Source of the DNA: Auanema rhodensis
Taxonomy: Eukaryota > Animalia > Nematoda
Direction of reading: 5' to 3'
DNA length: 64,000 bases
Assembly: GCA_964057225.1 (NCBI GenBank)
Contig: OZ059894.1
Span: 15,686,001 to 15,750,000, forward strand
Made by a program: the position numbers and the translations under genes. The notes below the pieces were generated by a model. The model was not told the DNA's origin. It made no database searches and saw only the letters and a program-made list of their open reading frames with translations. Positions within the stretch are counted from its first letter, which is position 1, and every line of letters begins with the position of its first letter. Shown here in pieces: positions 1 through 11,277 of this stretch.

Positions 1-1
1 G

Positions 2-514
2 AGAGGGAACAGAAGAAGAAGGAGAGAGAACAGGTAAAGAAGGAGAGAGAACAGGTAAAGAAGGAGAGGAAACAGAAGGAGGAGAAGAAGAAAGAGAAGA
101 TGACGGTGAAGAATGAACGGCAAAAGAAGAAGAAGAAGAAGGCTGAATAGAAAGATGTGAAGTAGAAGAAGAGAACAGTGGAACGCTGTTGACAGTAGGA
201 ACAGTAACTGTAGCAACAGATTCAACTGAAGAAGATGCCGCAGATGAATTTGCTAGAGAAAGAGCAGAAGCAAAATTAACATTTTGCTGCCTCAATGGAG
301 GGATATTGAAAGATGGAAGAATGAAATTCAAAAATGAGAGTGAAGTTACATCATTTGAATAAACTTCAAGATTCTGAGTATTTACCGAAGAATTATTGAA
401 AAAGATAGCTATGTTCTCCGAAGGAACATTATCAAAAGGCTGAGAAACAAGAACAAATTTACCCTGAGCGTTAATCATCAGAGAAAAAGGACAGAAAGTA
501 GAAGGAAAAATCAT
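2..514 (-). CDS. 5' part of a Ser/Pro-rich ORF running off the left edge (MIFPSTFCPFSLMINAQGKFVLV...SSPSLPVLSPSLPVLSPSSS); probably the first ORF of an element inserted in a tRNA gene
   Basis: Manual translation: ATG at 514, 171 codons without a stop to the window edge. It starts about 350 bp from the broken tRNA at 863. Confidence 0.5.
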   Translation of the reverse strand, partial: MIFPSTFCPFSLMINAQGKFVLVSQPFDNVPSENIAIFFNNSSVNTQNLEVYSNDVTSLSFLNFILPSFNIPPLRQQNVNFASALSLANSSAASSSVESVATVTVPTVNSVPLFSSSTSHLSIQPSSSSSFAVHSSPSSSLSSSPPSVSSPSLPVLSPSLPVLSPSSSVPS

Positions 515-862
515 GATGAACGAGAAAAGATGAGAAAGTGTGAATAAGCAAACTTATCGAAAGAAAAGATAAACTAACAACTATTACAATGAACTCACGT
601 AACTGTTGACTTGAAACTGTTTGATGATAGCCTGGTTGATAGAACTGTATATTTATTTTAATTTCTGCTTTTTTCAATTTATAATTTGATGGCACTTCAA
701 GGTATGTAGCCACTTATATCTGACTTCTATAGATTTATAGCTTTAATAGCACCCCGAGTTACATGAACACTGACACTTGTCAGCACATTATCATAAAGTT
801 TGCCCTCTAATGATCAGCCTGAACTAGTTCACAAACTAGAGACGACGAAACGTCCGCCACCC

Positions 863-885
863 CGCTTCCACTGCGCCACGCTGCT
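863..885 (-). pseudogene. 5' fragment (nt 1-23) of tRNA-iMet, joined to unrelated sequence
   Basis: Reverse complement AGCAGCGTGGCGCAGTGGAAGCG continues as GGGTGGCGGACG instead of TGCTGGG. Confidence 0.9.
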
Positions 886-984
886 TCGAATTTAGCAAAC
901 ACCGAGGTGTATGATGAATTCTGAATCGGTAAAACCAAAAAATCAAAAAATTGATGAATCAGATTTCTGGAATCGGTAAAAACC

Positions 985-1056
985 TAGCAGCGAGTGGTTT
1001 CGATCCACCGACCTCTGGGTTATGGGCCCAGCACGCTTCCACTGCGCCACGCTGCT
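985..1056 (-). tRNA. initiator tRNA-Met (CAT), inverted relative to the main array
   Basis: Exact reverse complement of the 72-nt array tRNA. Confidence 0.95.
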
Positions 1057-1155
1057 TCGAATTTAGCAAACACCGAGGTGTATGATGAATTCTGAATCGG
1101 TAAAACCAAAAAATCAAAAAATTGATGAATTAGATTTCTGGAATTGGTAAAACAC

Positions 1156-1227
1156 TAGCAGCGAGTGGTTTCGATCCACCGACCTCTGGGTTATGGGCCC
1201 AGCACGATTCCACTGCGCCATGCTGCT
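1156..1227 (-). tRNA. tRNA-iMet variant with 2 substitutions
   Basis: Reverse complement copy with changes in the acceptor stem (C6T) and D stem. Confidence 0.85.
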
Positions 1228-1327
1228 TCGAATTTAGCATACACCGAGGTGTTTGATGAATTCTGAATCGGTAAAACCAAAAAATCGAAAAATTGATAAA
1301 TTAGAATTCTGGAATCGGTAAAACACC

Positions 1328-2340
1328 GTTACATATTGTTTCTTCCAGCCCTTTCATGGTCGGAAGATATCTGTACTTTTACCTTGTTGCTTAGGTAGGC
1401 AGACTCGAACGCCCCGATTTCCTTATTAAGACAAATATTTAAAGAGAAAAGGATTCATTATCAGTTAACAAGAAAATACAATAAAAGAATTACATTAAGA
1501 AAGAATATAAAAAGATATAATAAAGTATTAAATAGAGTATATATACATATATATATATACAGTCATGTGCAAAAAACCTCGGACAACTTTTAGAATCCCT
1601 TATACCTTCTCAGACAAACTACAAAAATTCAGAAAAAATATATTTTGGGTGTTAAAAAACGATAATGAATTCAGAAAAAATCTTAAAAATTTTAAAAATC
1701 ATGTTTAAAAGTATTTTTTGGAGTCTCCGAAATTTTCATAAACTGCTAGAAGTCTTCTTTCTTGAATTTCAGAAGTTTCATTAAGATTTCAGAAATAATT
1801 TTTTGATAGAATGTTAGGAGTACACTAAACGTCAATTTTTCTTTTAAACGGGAGAATTTGGTTGTACGTAAACCAAGTTCTCTTCATAGATATTCAGTAA
1901 GATTCAGATGCTGAAGCTTACTTGTTTGAAGCTATGCCATAGGAAAAACTTAGTTATTGATCGAGCTTTGTGCTAAGAATCATTTTAAAATATTTCGAAT
2001 GAATTAACATGTTCCTAATTTCAAATTTTGTTATATTAAGATGAATTATTCAAAATAGTCAAAAAACACTATTTTTCCTTATAAATTTAGAAAAAAATAT
2101 TGAAATCAGTTTTAGTTATATTAACATATATTTTGACTGAATATATACTATGTGACTTTACGAAACTTATGAAATTAAAAAAAAAATTTTTTTTGTAGTT
2201 TGAAGGGGTTTCTGGGGCCTCTAAGATATTTTTGTCCGAGGTTTTTTGCACAGGACTGTATATGATATAGAGATGAGACTCACACGGCTATAAGGCAACC
2301 TATCTGCGTCAGGCCAGAAGCAAGAGTGCCATGTGTGTCC
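1328..2340 (-). mobile_element. LTR remnant ending ...ATGTAACG, interrupted by a Tc1-type element and cut off by the inverted repeat at 2341
   Basis: Array spacer breaks at ACAC|CGTTAC. The AACG terminus and T-rich minus-strand tract resemble the 344-bp LTRs, but the sequence is different. Confidence 0.55.
1560..2258. mobile_element. Non-autonomous Tc1/mariner-type element, 699 bp
   Basis: TIRs CAGTCATGTGCAAAAAACCTCGGACAA / TTGTCCGAGGTTTTTTGCACAGGACTG (1 mismatch), TA on both sides, no ORF. Confidence 0.9.
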
Positions 2341-2506
2341 CTTCGATTATTGTTAGTTCATTAAAATTTTTGTACTTGTTCTCCTTTGTTTTGCGTTGGA
2401 GAATTATTCTGCTGTGTTTTGTTTTGATCCACTTTTCCTTGTAGTTTCAATTATCCATTATTTCTGATTTCTGCGTCTTGTGTTTTTCTTTTGGGTTGTA
2501 GTTTAA

Positions 2507-4891
2507 CACATTCAGGACGGCGTGACCCAGCATTGGGTCACGGTCGGTAAATTAAAAAACGTACAAAAAATTTAAAAATTTAAAAAATAGATTTTACTTG
2601 TTAATTTCAATATTATGTTAATAAACAACACGGAAATGATCTAAAAAAGGGAAATGATACAAAACTAAGATAAAATGATAAAAAAAACTGTCAATTTTTC
2701 TATTAATTTTTGTTCATTTTTGAACGTATGGCATAATTTAAACTTGATCTATTTATGCCTAAGAACTTACTGTGATTAGATATTTAGTTGAATGATAGAT
2801 GAGATATCACTCTTCACATGCCTAAAGTTTTGATTCATAGATCCTTTTATTTTTGAAGTTATACAATCTCAAATATACGATATCGTCATAAACTGTTTCA
2901 CAATTTATTACATGCGTTTTAGCCATGAGCACTGTGTCGATTATTTTTTTTTTTTTTTCAAAATTTTTATGACTTTTACCTGGTTTTCTATCTTATTTAG
3001 GTATTAATTTACTTTTTACCATTATGAATTTTTTTACTTGCAATGCATGAATGTGAACAAGAAGTAAAACAATTAGGACAATAAGGTTTCAAACATTCAC
3101 TACACATGTTCCTTGTTTTCTTGGTTGATGCTGATGCTTCTTTTCTGTTCTTTCCTTCTCGCTCTTGTGCATAACATCCAAAACAGCGCTTCCTATTATC
3201 CGACCTTTTTTCCATGTTCACAAGAAGTGGTCGCGGTCCATCTTCTCTTTCATCGAGTCAAAATCAAGAAGATCTTCTATAATTCTGATTTTGAAAGCCG
3301 TTATAGAGATTTTGGCATCAGGAAACATTTGGTTATAGAGAACCCATGCGTTAACCATACTAGTTTGAAATATAATATGGTAAAACAATCTGATGTACCA
3401 TTTCTTCGTCTTTCTTATGAAAACACTGTAAGCGGCCATTTGATCACTAGTGTCTACGAATAATTTTGCATTATTATAGTCGTCGACAACTGTTGCTTTC
3501 CTGCTTCCTAGTTGGAAAAACAATTTCAGTCCAAAACGATGATGTTTCTGAGGTATGTATTGCTTGAAAAGGATCCGTCTTCGGAATGGAACAATCGACT
3601 CATCTATGCAGATCTGTTTTCCTGGCATGCATGCCTTAGCAGCACTATCGTTGAAGATCTTCAGAATTGGCTCAATCTTGAACAGCCTGTTGTTCTTGTT
3701 TTTTTCTGTATCAGCATTGTTCACAAAATGTAATGACCGGAAAATTTGTTCAAATTTTTCACGACTTATTACTTTAGAACCGATCGCTGATCCAAAAACT
3801 GGGTGACTGCTCCAGTAATTTTTGAGTTCTGGTAGTCTAACTATTCCCATTTGTAGACACAGACCAAAAAATTTGAGGAGCTCCGCAGTGGTGATGTCAT
3901 TCCAGTGAGTGTTGAACTTGTTCGATCCATAACGATTTGTCTCATTCACAATCATCATGAGCATATGAGATGTGACGAACAAACTCCAGAACTGATATGG
4001 TGTCCGACGATTTCCTATCCAAGTTTCGTTAGGTCCAATTCTGCCGGTGAAGTCAAAGCTGGAGTTCTTGAATGTCTCATCCTTTCAATCGTCATTCAAG
4101 ACATTCTCCATTACATCCTCTTCCATTTCGTCCTCATCGCAGGAAACACCTCCAGACAGATTTCCGTCGTTCTCCTCGTTGTCGTCATCCCAATCAGAAT
4201 CCTCAGAATCGAGGTAGAAGTTGTCAGCTTCGAGGTAGAAGTTTTCAGCGTCCATTTGTGAACAAAGTACGAATGAGTAGCCTAAATAATTGAATGAGAA
4301 AAACTAAATATTGGAATAAGTGAAACTGAAAGACGAGAGAAAGTTGAAAAATGCAATAAAAAAAAGTAAAAAAATTCATAATGGTAAAAAGTAAATTAAT
4401 ACCTAAATAAGATAGAAAACCAGGTAAAAGTCATAAAAATTTTGAAAATAAAAAAAAAATAATCGACACAGTGCTCATGGCTAAAACGCATGTAATAAAT
4501 TGTGAAACAGTTTATGACGATATCGTATATTTGAGATTGTATAACTTCAAAAATAAAAGGATCTATGAATCAAAACTTTAGGCATGTGAAGAGTGATATC
4601 TCATCTATCATTCAACTAAATATCTAATCACAGTAAGTTCTTAGGCATAAATAGATCAAGTTTAAATTATGCCATACGTTCAAAAATGAACAAAAATTAA
4701 TAGAAAAATTGACAGTTTTTTTTATCATTTTATCTTAGTTTTGTATCATTTCCCTTTTTTAGATCATTTCCGTGTTGTTCATTAACATAATATTGAAATT
4801 AACAAGTAAAATCTATTTTTTAAATTTTTTAATTTTTTGTACGTAATTTACCGACCGTGACCCAATGCTGGGTCACGCCGTCCTGAATGTG
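2507..4891 (-). mobile_element. piggyBac transposon, defective
   Basis: TTAA at 2503-2506 and 4892-4895; termini CACATTCAGGACGG; subterminal palindrome CGTGACCCAGCATTGGGTCACG; transposase remnant inside. Confidence 0.9.
3009..4255 (-). pseudogene. piggyBac (PGBD-like) transposase pseudogene
   Basis: Acidic N-terminus from ATG 4255, CIDESIVPF, FKQYIPQKHHRFGLK, YN...VDTSDQ and a C-terminal Cys-rich domain. Premature TGA near 4085, apparent internal deletion after FGLKLF, frameshift near 3220. Confidence 0.9.
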
Positions 4892-5929
4892 TTAAACTAC
4901 AACCCAAAAGAAAAACACAAGACGCAGAAATCAGAAATAATGGATAATTGAAACTACAAGGAAAAGTGGATCAAAACAAAACGCAGCAGAATAATTCTCC
5001 AACGCATAACAAAGGAGAACAAGTACAAAAATTTTAATTAACTAACAATAATCGAAGAATTGTAAAAATAATTTTTCTTTCTTACTTATAGTACATGAAA
5101 CATAAGACATAGATCAAAATCATCCAAACTTTACTTTCTATCTTTTAATTTTAACAAATTGTAACAATCACTTCAAAAACAAACTATATAAAGAGAAAAT
5201 TTTAAAAGAGAAAATTTAAAAACACTTTTACTCAAAACGACCTCCTCTCTCGCCAACGTCACCCTCTCTACATTCCTCGTAACTCCAACACCACTGGTCC
5301 TTCTAGCCACCACTATTGAACAAAAATGGATAGAGCTAGAAAACCTTCGTGAAGGTTTTCTACCTATCAACTGCATGCAGCCTAACTTAGGACCCATATT
5401 AACCTCCAAACGAGCAAATTGGAGAAGAAAACACAGCACATTCTATTCATAATGGAACTATTGGAGGAGAAAACCAAAAGCTATAAAGAAAACGATCTAG
5501 AGGAGCTCGCCAGCATCAAAAGAAATGGACAGAAGGACGCTCTCTTAGCCAGAAAGAGAACAGAATCTGACATATAATGCTGGGACAACCCGCCAGAATG
5601 AAGACCACAGCTGACATCTACAAAGCAATGCTCCAACAACACAGATGACACAGCAAGCTGTAGGAAATAGCAAAACCCAATAAGAAGCCTCATGAATAGA
5701 GATAGGGCAAAACCTATCAGTAATAATCACAAAATTACTGGCAAAAAGGACAACGAACATATCAGCATCAAAAAGTAAGGCGAAATCAGTTAGCCAAACA
5801 ATCAGAACAATGGAGCTGCTTGGACTTGCATCAATGACAGAAATGATCCAGGAAATAGACCAACTGGCGGATGAAAGAGAAGAGGGAAGGTTTAAATCAC
5901 TTGTAAATTCTATCTCTTAAATTTTTTAA

Positions 5930-6292
5930 AATAAAACTAATGCAGATAGTTTTTAAAATATTCTGAGAATATTCTAGATGTACTTTTTATAAGCATTGTA
6001 ACATTTTTGTGTAAACTGAGTAGGAGTTGTATGGATATATAAACCTGAGTGTTCAAGACTCTGGCATCTCTTTATCTCATTATCTCATCATTATCTCTTT
6101 ATCTTCTCTTTCTTTACTCTAGCTTAAATCTTTGTATAATTATATTATGATGCAAACAATACACTTTTATATATTTTATCTCTTGTTTCTTATTTCACCA
6201 TACATTACACACTTATGTTTAAAATCATACTCATCCTCTCATAGTCTGTTTGGACTTCTCAACCTGGAACCATTGAGAATCTAAATGGAACG
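5930..6292 (+). mobile_element. LTR remnant ending ...AATGGAACG (5' boundary approximate)
   Basis: TATATAAA near 6036, T-rich tract, GGAACG terminus identical to the Gypsy LTR end, followed directly by array spacer ACACCTCGG. Confidence 0.55.
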
Positions 6293-6317
6293 ACACCTCG
6301 GTTTCTGCTAAATTCGA

Positions 6318-6382
6318 AGCAGCGTGGCGCAGTGGAAGCGTGCTGGGCCCATAACCCAGAGGTCGATAGATAAACCACTCGC
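6318..6382 (+). pseudogene. Degenerate tRNA-iMet (damaged T arm, truncated 3' end)
   Basis: Matches the tRNA to GAGGTCG, then ATAGATAAACCACTCGC and unrelated sequence. Confidence 0.85.
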
Positions 6383-6509
6383 ACTCTTAAAACTACCCCC
6401 TAATCATTTGAAAAGAAGCTTACATTTTCACATCTTTGTCATATTTGTTTGTTATACCTGAAAACTGCTTCAAAATTCTCAAAACTCTTTTTAATCTATT
6501 TTGTTTAAT

Positions 6510-6770
6510 TTGGTATACTTGGTAAACCTTGCGAAGTGTTCACAAATTAATATTGGCAAACTGACAAGTTCAAATTAATATTGGTAAGCTGACAACGGTG
6601 GTAAACTGACAAGTTTACCAAACTTTAGGTTTACCAAACTAGGTTTACCATGTAATAGACAAGTTTACCATAGTTATAAGGTATACCAGGTTTACCAGGT
6701 TTACCAAAATATAGCCAATATTACATTGTGAAAACTTCGCAAGGTTTACCAAATTTATCAAGTATACCAA
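6510..6770. repeat. Imperfect palindrome filled with short (GG/AG)TTTACCA repeats
   Basis: TTGGTATACTTGGTAAACCTTGCGAAGTGTTCACAA pairs with TTGTGAAAACTTCGCAAGGTTTACCAA...AAGTATACCAA. Confidence 0.7.
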
Positions 6771-7159
6771 GTTTACCAAAAAATTATCTTTATACTGAGT
6801 ATACCGAAATACAAAAGTTGTAGTTTGAAATTGTATGTTTTTTCAAGTTAGAGATAATAATATCAGGAAAAAGAATTTTACATTAATTGAACATGAAGTG
6901 TTAAAAAAATGGAAATGTAATACTTAAAAAAACTTTCAGTTTCGCATGTTTTCTTTTTGTGGAGCTGTTGCATACATGAAAAGTGTTCATTGAAGATGTT
7001 AAGTAATCGTTCTAACTAACCTTTTGATAATGATTTTCAAATTGCTGAGAGTGTGTGATGGATCAATATTGTAAATGTAATGAAATATTAAATTTTAAAT
7101 ATATTAGTTTACTGACCTTATTAATGCTCATTGTTGTTTGATTTTTGTAGCTACGACAC

Positions 7160-10060
7160 TTTATGATAGTGAGTAGTAGCGTTCCTGTTGTCCCCCTGGC
7201 CCTGGTATCAGAATCTCGTCATCTGAATCGGCTGTTGAGCTATAATGAAAATTGATTACAAATCGAGGTATTTGAAACTCACTCCATGTCGTAGTAGTTT
7301 CTCTTACGGTTCGTTTTCGAAAATTGAGAGCCAAATCTTCTGTGATCAAACTTTGACCCGTCAGCTGGTCTCAATTGCTCAGCTTGTACATCTCGCACTG
7401 TTCTATCATTTCTTTTTCGCTCTAGAGTTTCCACGATCGCTCTTTTCTTTGTTTCCTTTTTTAACGATATGAAGACAGCTAGCCTGGAACAAAAATATAA
7501 ATTTTGTTTCTCATACTTAAGAAACCTGTGTTGGCATAGAGCATGCTTAGGGCAATTTTGTTGCGTGCATCCCGGACTGGAGCATACAAGCTCATTATTG
7601 GTCTCATTGACACATCCTAATCTGGAATAACAATGATAAACTCAAAATAAAAAATCTTAGCTTACGCTCCCGTGCTGTCCTTGGTAAAATATATGCCTGC
7701 CTTTGCAGCAGGAAATACCTCCAAACGCTGAACAGTTTCAAAAAACATGTCCGCATTGCTGGTCTCGACTGGCTCACTCATCCATGATGACAGTGAATTT
7801 TCAAAAATGAAATCACTCAAAGCTTGACAGTGAATTTTCAAAAATGAAATCACTCAAACCAAAAAGTTTGAGCTTAATCATTTTTTCAATGCGTGTCATT
7901 ACTAACCACTCATGGTTTTCAACATGAAAATGAGTGCACAGTTTGTCGGCTTTCTGATGAACGGCTCCAATTCGTTCTTTAATTTCTTCTATAACAAAAT
8001 TACTAGTTATTTTCATTATGTTTTGATTACCAGTAGTTGCAGCATTTTTTCTAAAACTTGATGAGCCGGAATAGGGTGAGGTATTCTAGCTTTCAATTGA
8101 GAATTCTTCGACTCCAACAAGTTTGTTGAAAAAAATTGTTGGCTTTGCCCAGCTCTGAATATTTGAATCACTATTGGTTTGATATAAATCGTCCTTGTTG
8201 GTAAGAAGCCTAAATTAAAAAAAATAATAGAATTAAAAAAAACCAACCATTGTCGAGTTCTTTTTCCACAATTCCTTACAATATCTTGAATTTTCCTTTC
8301 ATATTCATCACGGTTTTGATAGAGCCCCTTTCTTCATGATCGTTCCATATTCAGTCTTAAAACATAAAAATAGTGTTCAAAAACAATATCAAGTATGCCT
8401 CTTTTTTTCTTCCGAATATTTTATGTAGGATGTGTTCCTTTTTCTCAGCATCATCGTCCTTGCCGAATGTGCTTTTGATATTCTCCATTCGGAACATCTT
8501 AGCGGTACAGCATCTTTTAAAAAGAACAATTAAACATTATGTAAAAAAATTTCTTACAGTGTTGTATGCTTTAAAAGCATCTTCTCCATCATGACACAAA
8601 CCAGCGATTCTTTTTGTGTTTTCCATATTGTGAGAGCAGCTTATTTAAAAATGCTGAGAAAGCATCATGGTTGGAAGCATTTATGGTACTATGTACCATA
8701 CATGCAAGCATTATGCCTGCATTTTTTCCAGCTTTTTTCGACCTGAATATACAAAATTTTAAAAAAAGATGTGATTAATGAAAACTTACGTAAACATGTC
8801 GGATACACCAAGATCTAACGTGATGTACTCACCACTACTGATTGAGAACGTCGTATCAATCATTATAATGCTGCGTATTGTTGGGAGGGCTCCAGAAGCA
8901 TTTACTTGGTTTAAAATCCTCACTGAAATATGAAATAAATTAAGTTTCAATGATAAAATACTCACCAAAAGCTTCCTTTGCCTCTTGTTTTGGCAAATAT
9001 TGACCGTTGGCAATGACGCACAAAAATGTTTAAAAACTGCTGGCTATCCAACAATCGGACAAAACGCTACACCACGATCTAGAATGTAAATTATTACTAT
9101 TAAATCAAATAAAAATAAAATTGAACCTGTTCTTTTTACTTTAATTGGCTCCATATGATCTACCTTCATGCTGCCATTAGCGAATCTATCAACAAGCTTG
9201 TTGATATTGCTGTTTTGGCAAATATTGACCGTTGGCAATGACGCACAAAAATGTTTAAAAGCTGCTGGGTATCCAACAATCTGACAGAACGCTACACCAC
9301 GATCTAGAATGTAAATTATTACTATTAAATTAAATAAAAATAAAATTGAACCTGTTCTTTTTACTTTAATTGGCTCCATATGATCTACCTTCATGCTGCC
9401 ATTAGCGAATCTATCAACAAGCTTGTTGATATTGCTGGGTGATCGTTTGCCTGTGCCAGACTTAATGTGGGTGCTAACACTGCGAGCGAGACTGATCAGC
9501 TGAAAATGAAAATATAGAAAAAACATGAAACTTTCACACTTACCTGACTAGAGCTGATCTTAGAATCCTTGAGCACTTCCTTAACAGCAGATGTTGTTCT
9601 GTTTTCCAGAACATTTTTGACATCTTGGCTAACCGAAGGCAATATTCTCTGCTTCGCGGGCACAAAGTTTTGCAAAGATTCCTAAATATAGTACGTAGAG
9701 CAAGAAAAGAAAAATAAGAGAACTTGCCTGTACGTTGTAAATTATTAAAACGGGTTCAAAATTGTTTTCCTTGCCTTGTATAATCATATGAATCTAAAAC
9801 AAAAATTAATTGTAAATCTTGAATAAACAAAAAAACCTCTTTAGTGATATCCATATCGAGTTTCTTACAGCGGATGGTTCTGTAAGTATATTCGGCACAA
9901 TCATCCTTGGAGCAAAGGTTGTATTGCCCGTCAACCAGCTTACAACCTCTGGAAGATCATCTTTCTCGGTCTGAGACGTTTCGTCGTCTTCTATTTTTAC
10001 AACCTCTCCCCAGCAAGCCTAATGGTCGTAAATTATACCACACGTGTTGTACTATTAGTT
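7160..10060 (-). pseudogene. Decayed multi-exon gene of unknown product, possibly part of a transposon
   Basis: Alternating coding-like segments and short AT-rich introns with minus-strand TTTCAG/TTCCAG/TTTAG acceptors and GTAAG donors; stops and internal duplications. Confidence 0.4.
8986..9437. repeat. 225-bp direct tandem duplication
   Basis: TGGCAAATATTGACCGTTGG at 8991 and 9216; TTGATATTGCTG at 9201 and 9426. Confidence 0.9.
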
Positions 10061-10264
10061 TTTGGTCATTTAGACTTCTAAAAATTACCCAAAAACTTAA
10101 AAAGTTCATAAAAAATCAAGGTTTTGAGTCTAAACGGCAAGGAGGTTTTTGTGTTAAAAAAAGATATGGTTCGAAAAATTTATTAGAGTTTAATTTTTCA
10201 ATTGGAATGATTTAAAATTAAAATTTTCTGGTGTTAAACTTCGTCATCTCCTCGACATATGCTA

Positions 10265-10655
10265 TTATTTCCTCCTGATTAGGCAGTCGGTTATTGGAGA
10301 TATTCCTGAAGTTTTCAAACTGCACTCAATCCGTTGTTGCCTCTCAATTACGTTTCTTCTTTTTTTCCTAGAAGGCTCAACATTCAATGACAGAGCGATC
10401 AGGACATGATTAGCCATCAAATATTCATAATGAAAAAAAGTAATTAATTTAGAAAGAGGAGGATGAGAGCTAGATAAAATATTTTTCTTTTTACGGTGAA
10501 AAGATTCAACATTATTAGATGTACGAAACTGTTTTATGTTTTTTTTGCCATTTGCTCCAATAATGTCGCAAAGGTCCTTCAATCCATGTTTCATTCACAT
10601 AACTGATCATTTGAAGACAAGAAGAATATGATGGATGATCAGAAGAAACGGGAGA
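10265..10655 (-). pseudogene. MULE/Mutator transposase C-terminal fragment
   Basis: DHPSY..CLQMISYVNETWIEGP..HYWSKW, frameshift in an A-run, then RTSNNVESFHRK..HPPLSKLI (catalytic Glu region of MULE DDE transposases). Confidence 0.75.
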
Positions 10656-11277
10656 ATTAAGTAACCCGGTCATTGAGATTTTCTTTCTGTTCCATGGAGT
10701 GAAGATATCCCGAGTAATATCCTTGTAAACATTAAATTGTCTTTTTGAAATTCTAAGAAACTTTTTACCCTGATGCATGCTCAATAAATCAGGCATGCAA
10801 TCAAGAACAGCAAAGCTGTTATCGAAAAGAAGTTGGAAAGCATTCATAGTTAAAAGTTTTAGGGAAGCGTTAAACGTGAAGTTTGAAATTGGTTTGATAA
10901 AATCAAATTATTTTTTATGTTCATGATGATGTTCACAATTTTTGTTTTTTCATGAACTATATATGACGCCAATTGAGGTAGGTGTCACTACTATAGTATA
11001 CCGGAGGGTTCAACACAATAATGAACTTATGTTCCATTTTTCTTGAATATCAACAATATTTTTAACACTTAATAGACAATCTTGTCAAATATTAATATTT
11101 ATTTTCATTAATAAGTTCTATATCAGTCTAGAAAAAACATTTTAGAAATTTCATATGCATTAAGGTTCTTTGATAATAGATTCTATTTCAGTTTACAAGA
11201 ATTTTGATATTAGGATGATTTAGATTTTGACTTTTCTTAAAATATCTTTTTAAAACTTATACTTTTAAAATTACTCA

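Larger units (their letters stand above)
2341..5057. repeat. Large inverted repeat with ~695-bp arms (2341-3039 and ~4364-5057)
   Basis: Arms are near-perfect reverse complements and extend about 165 bp outside the piggyBac TTAA sites. Confidence 0.9.

Noticed and set aside
815-856. Possible hammerhead ribozyme (CTGA...CGAAACGT), with a similar 15-mer near 9975
   Set aside because: No intact CTGANGA core with supporting stems; the 9975 match lies in coding-like sequence and is probably chance.
5173-5920. Short ORFs upstream of the 6292 LTR end
   Set aside because: Fragmentary on both strands with no recognisable domain; probably the decayed interior of an LTR element.
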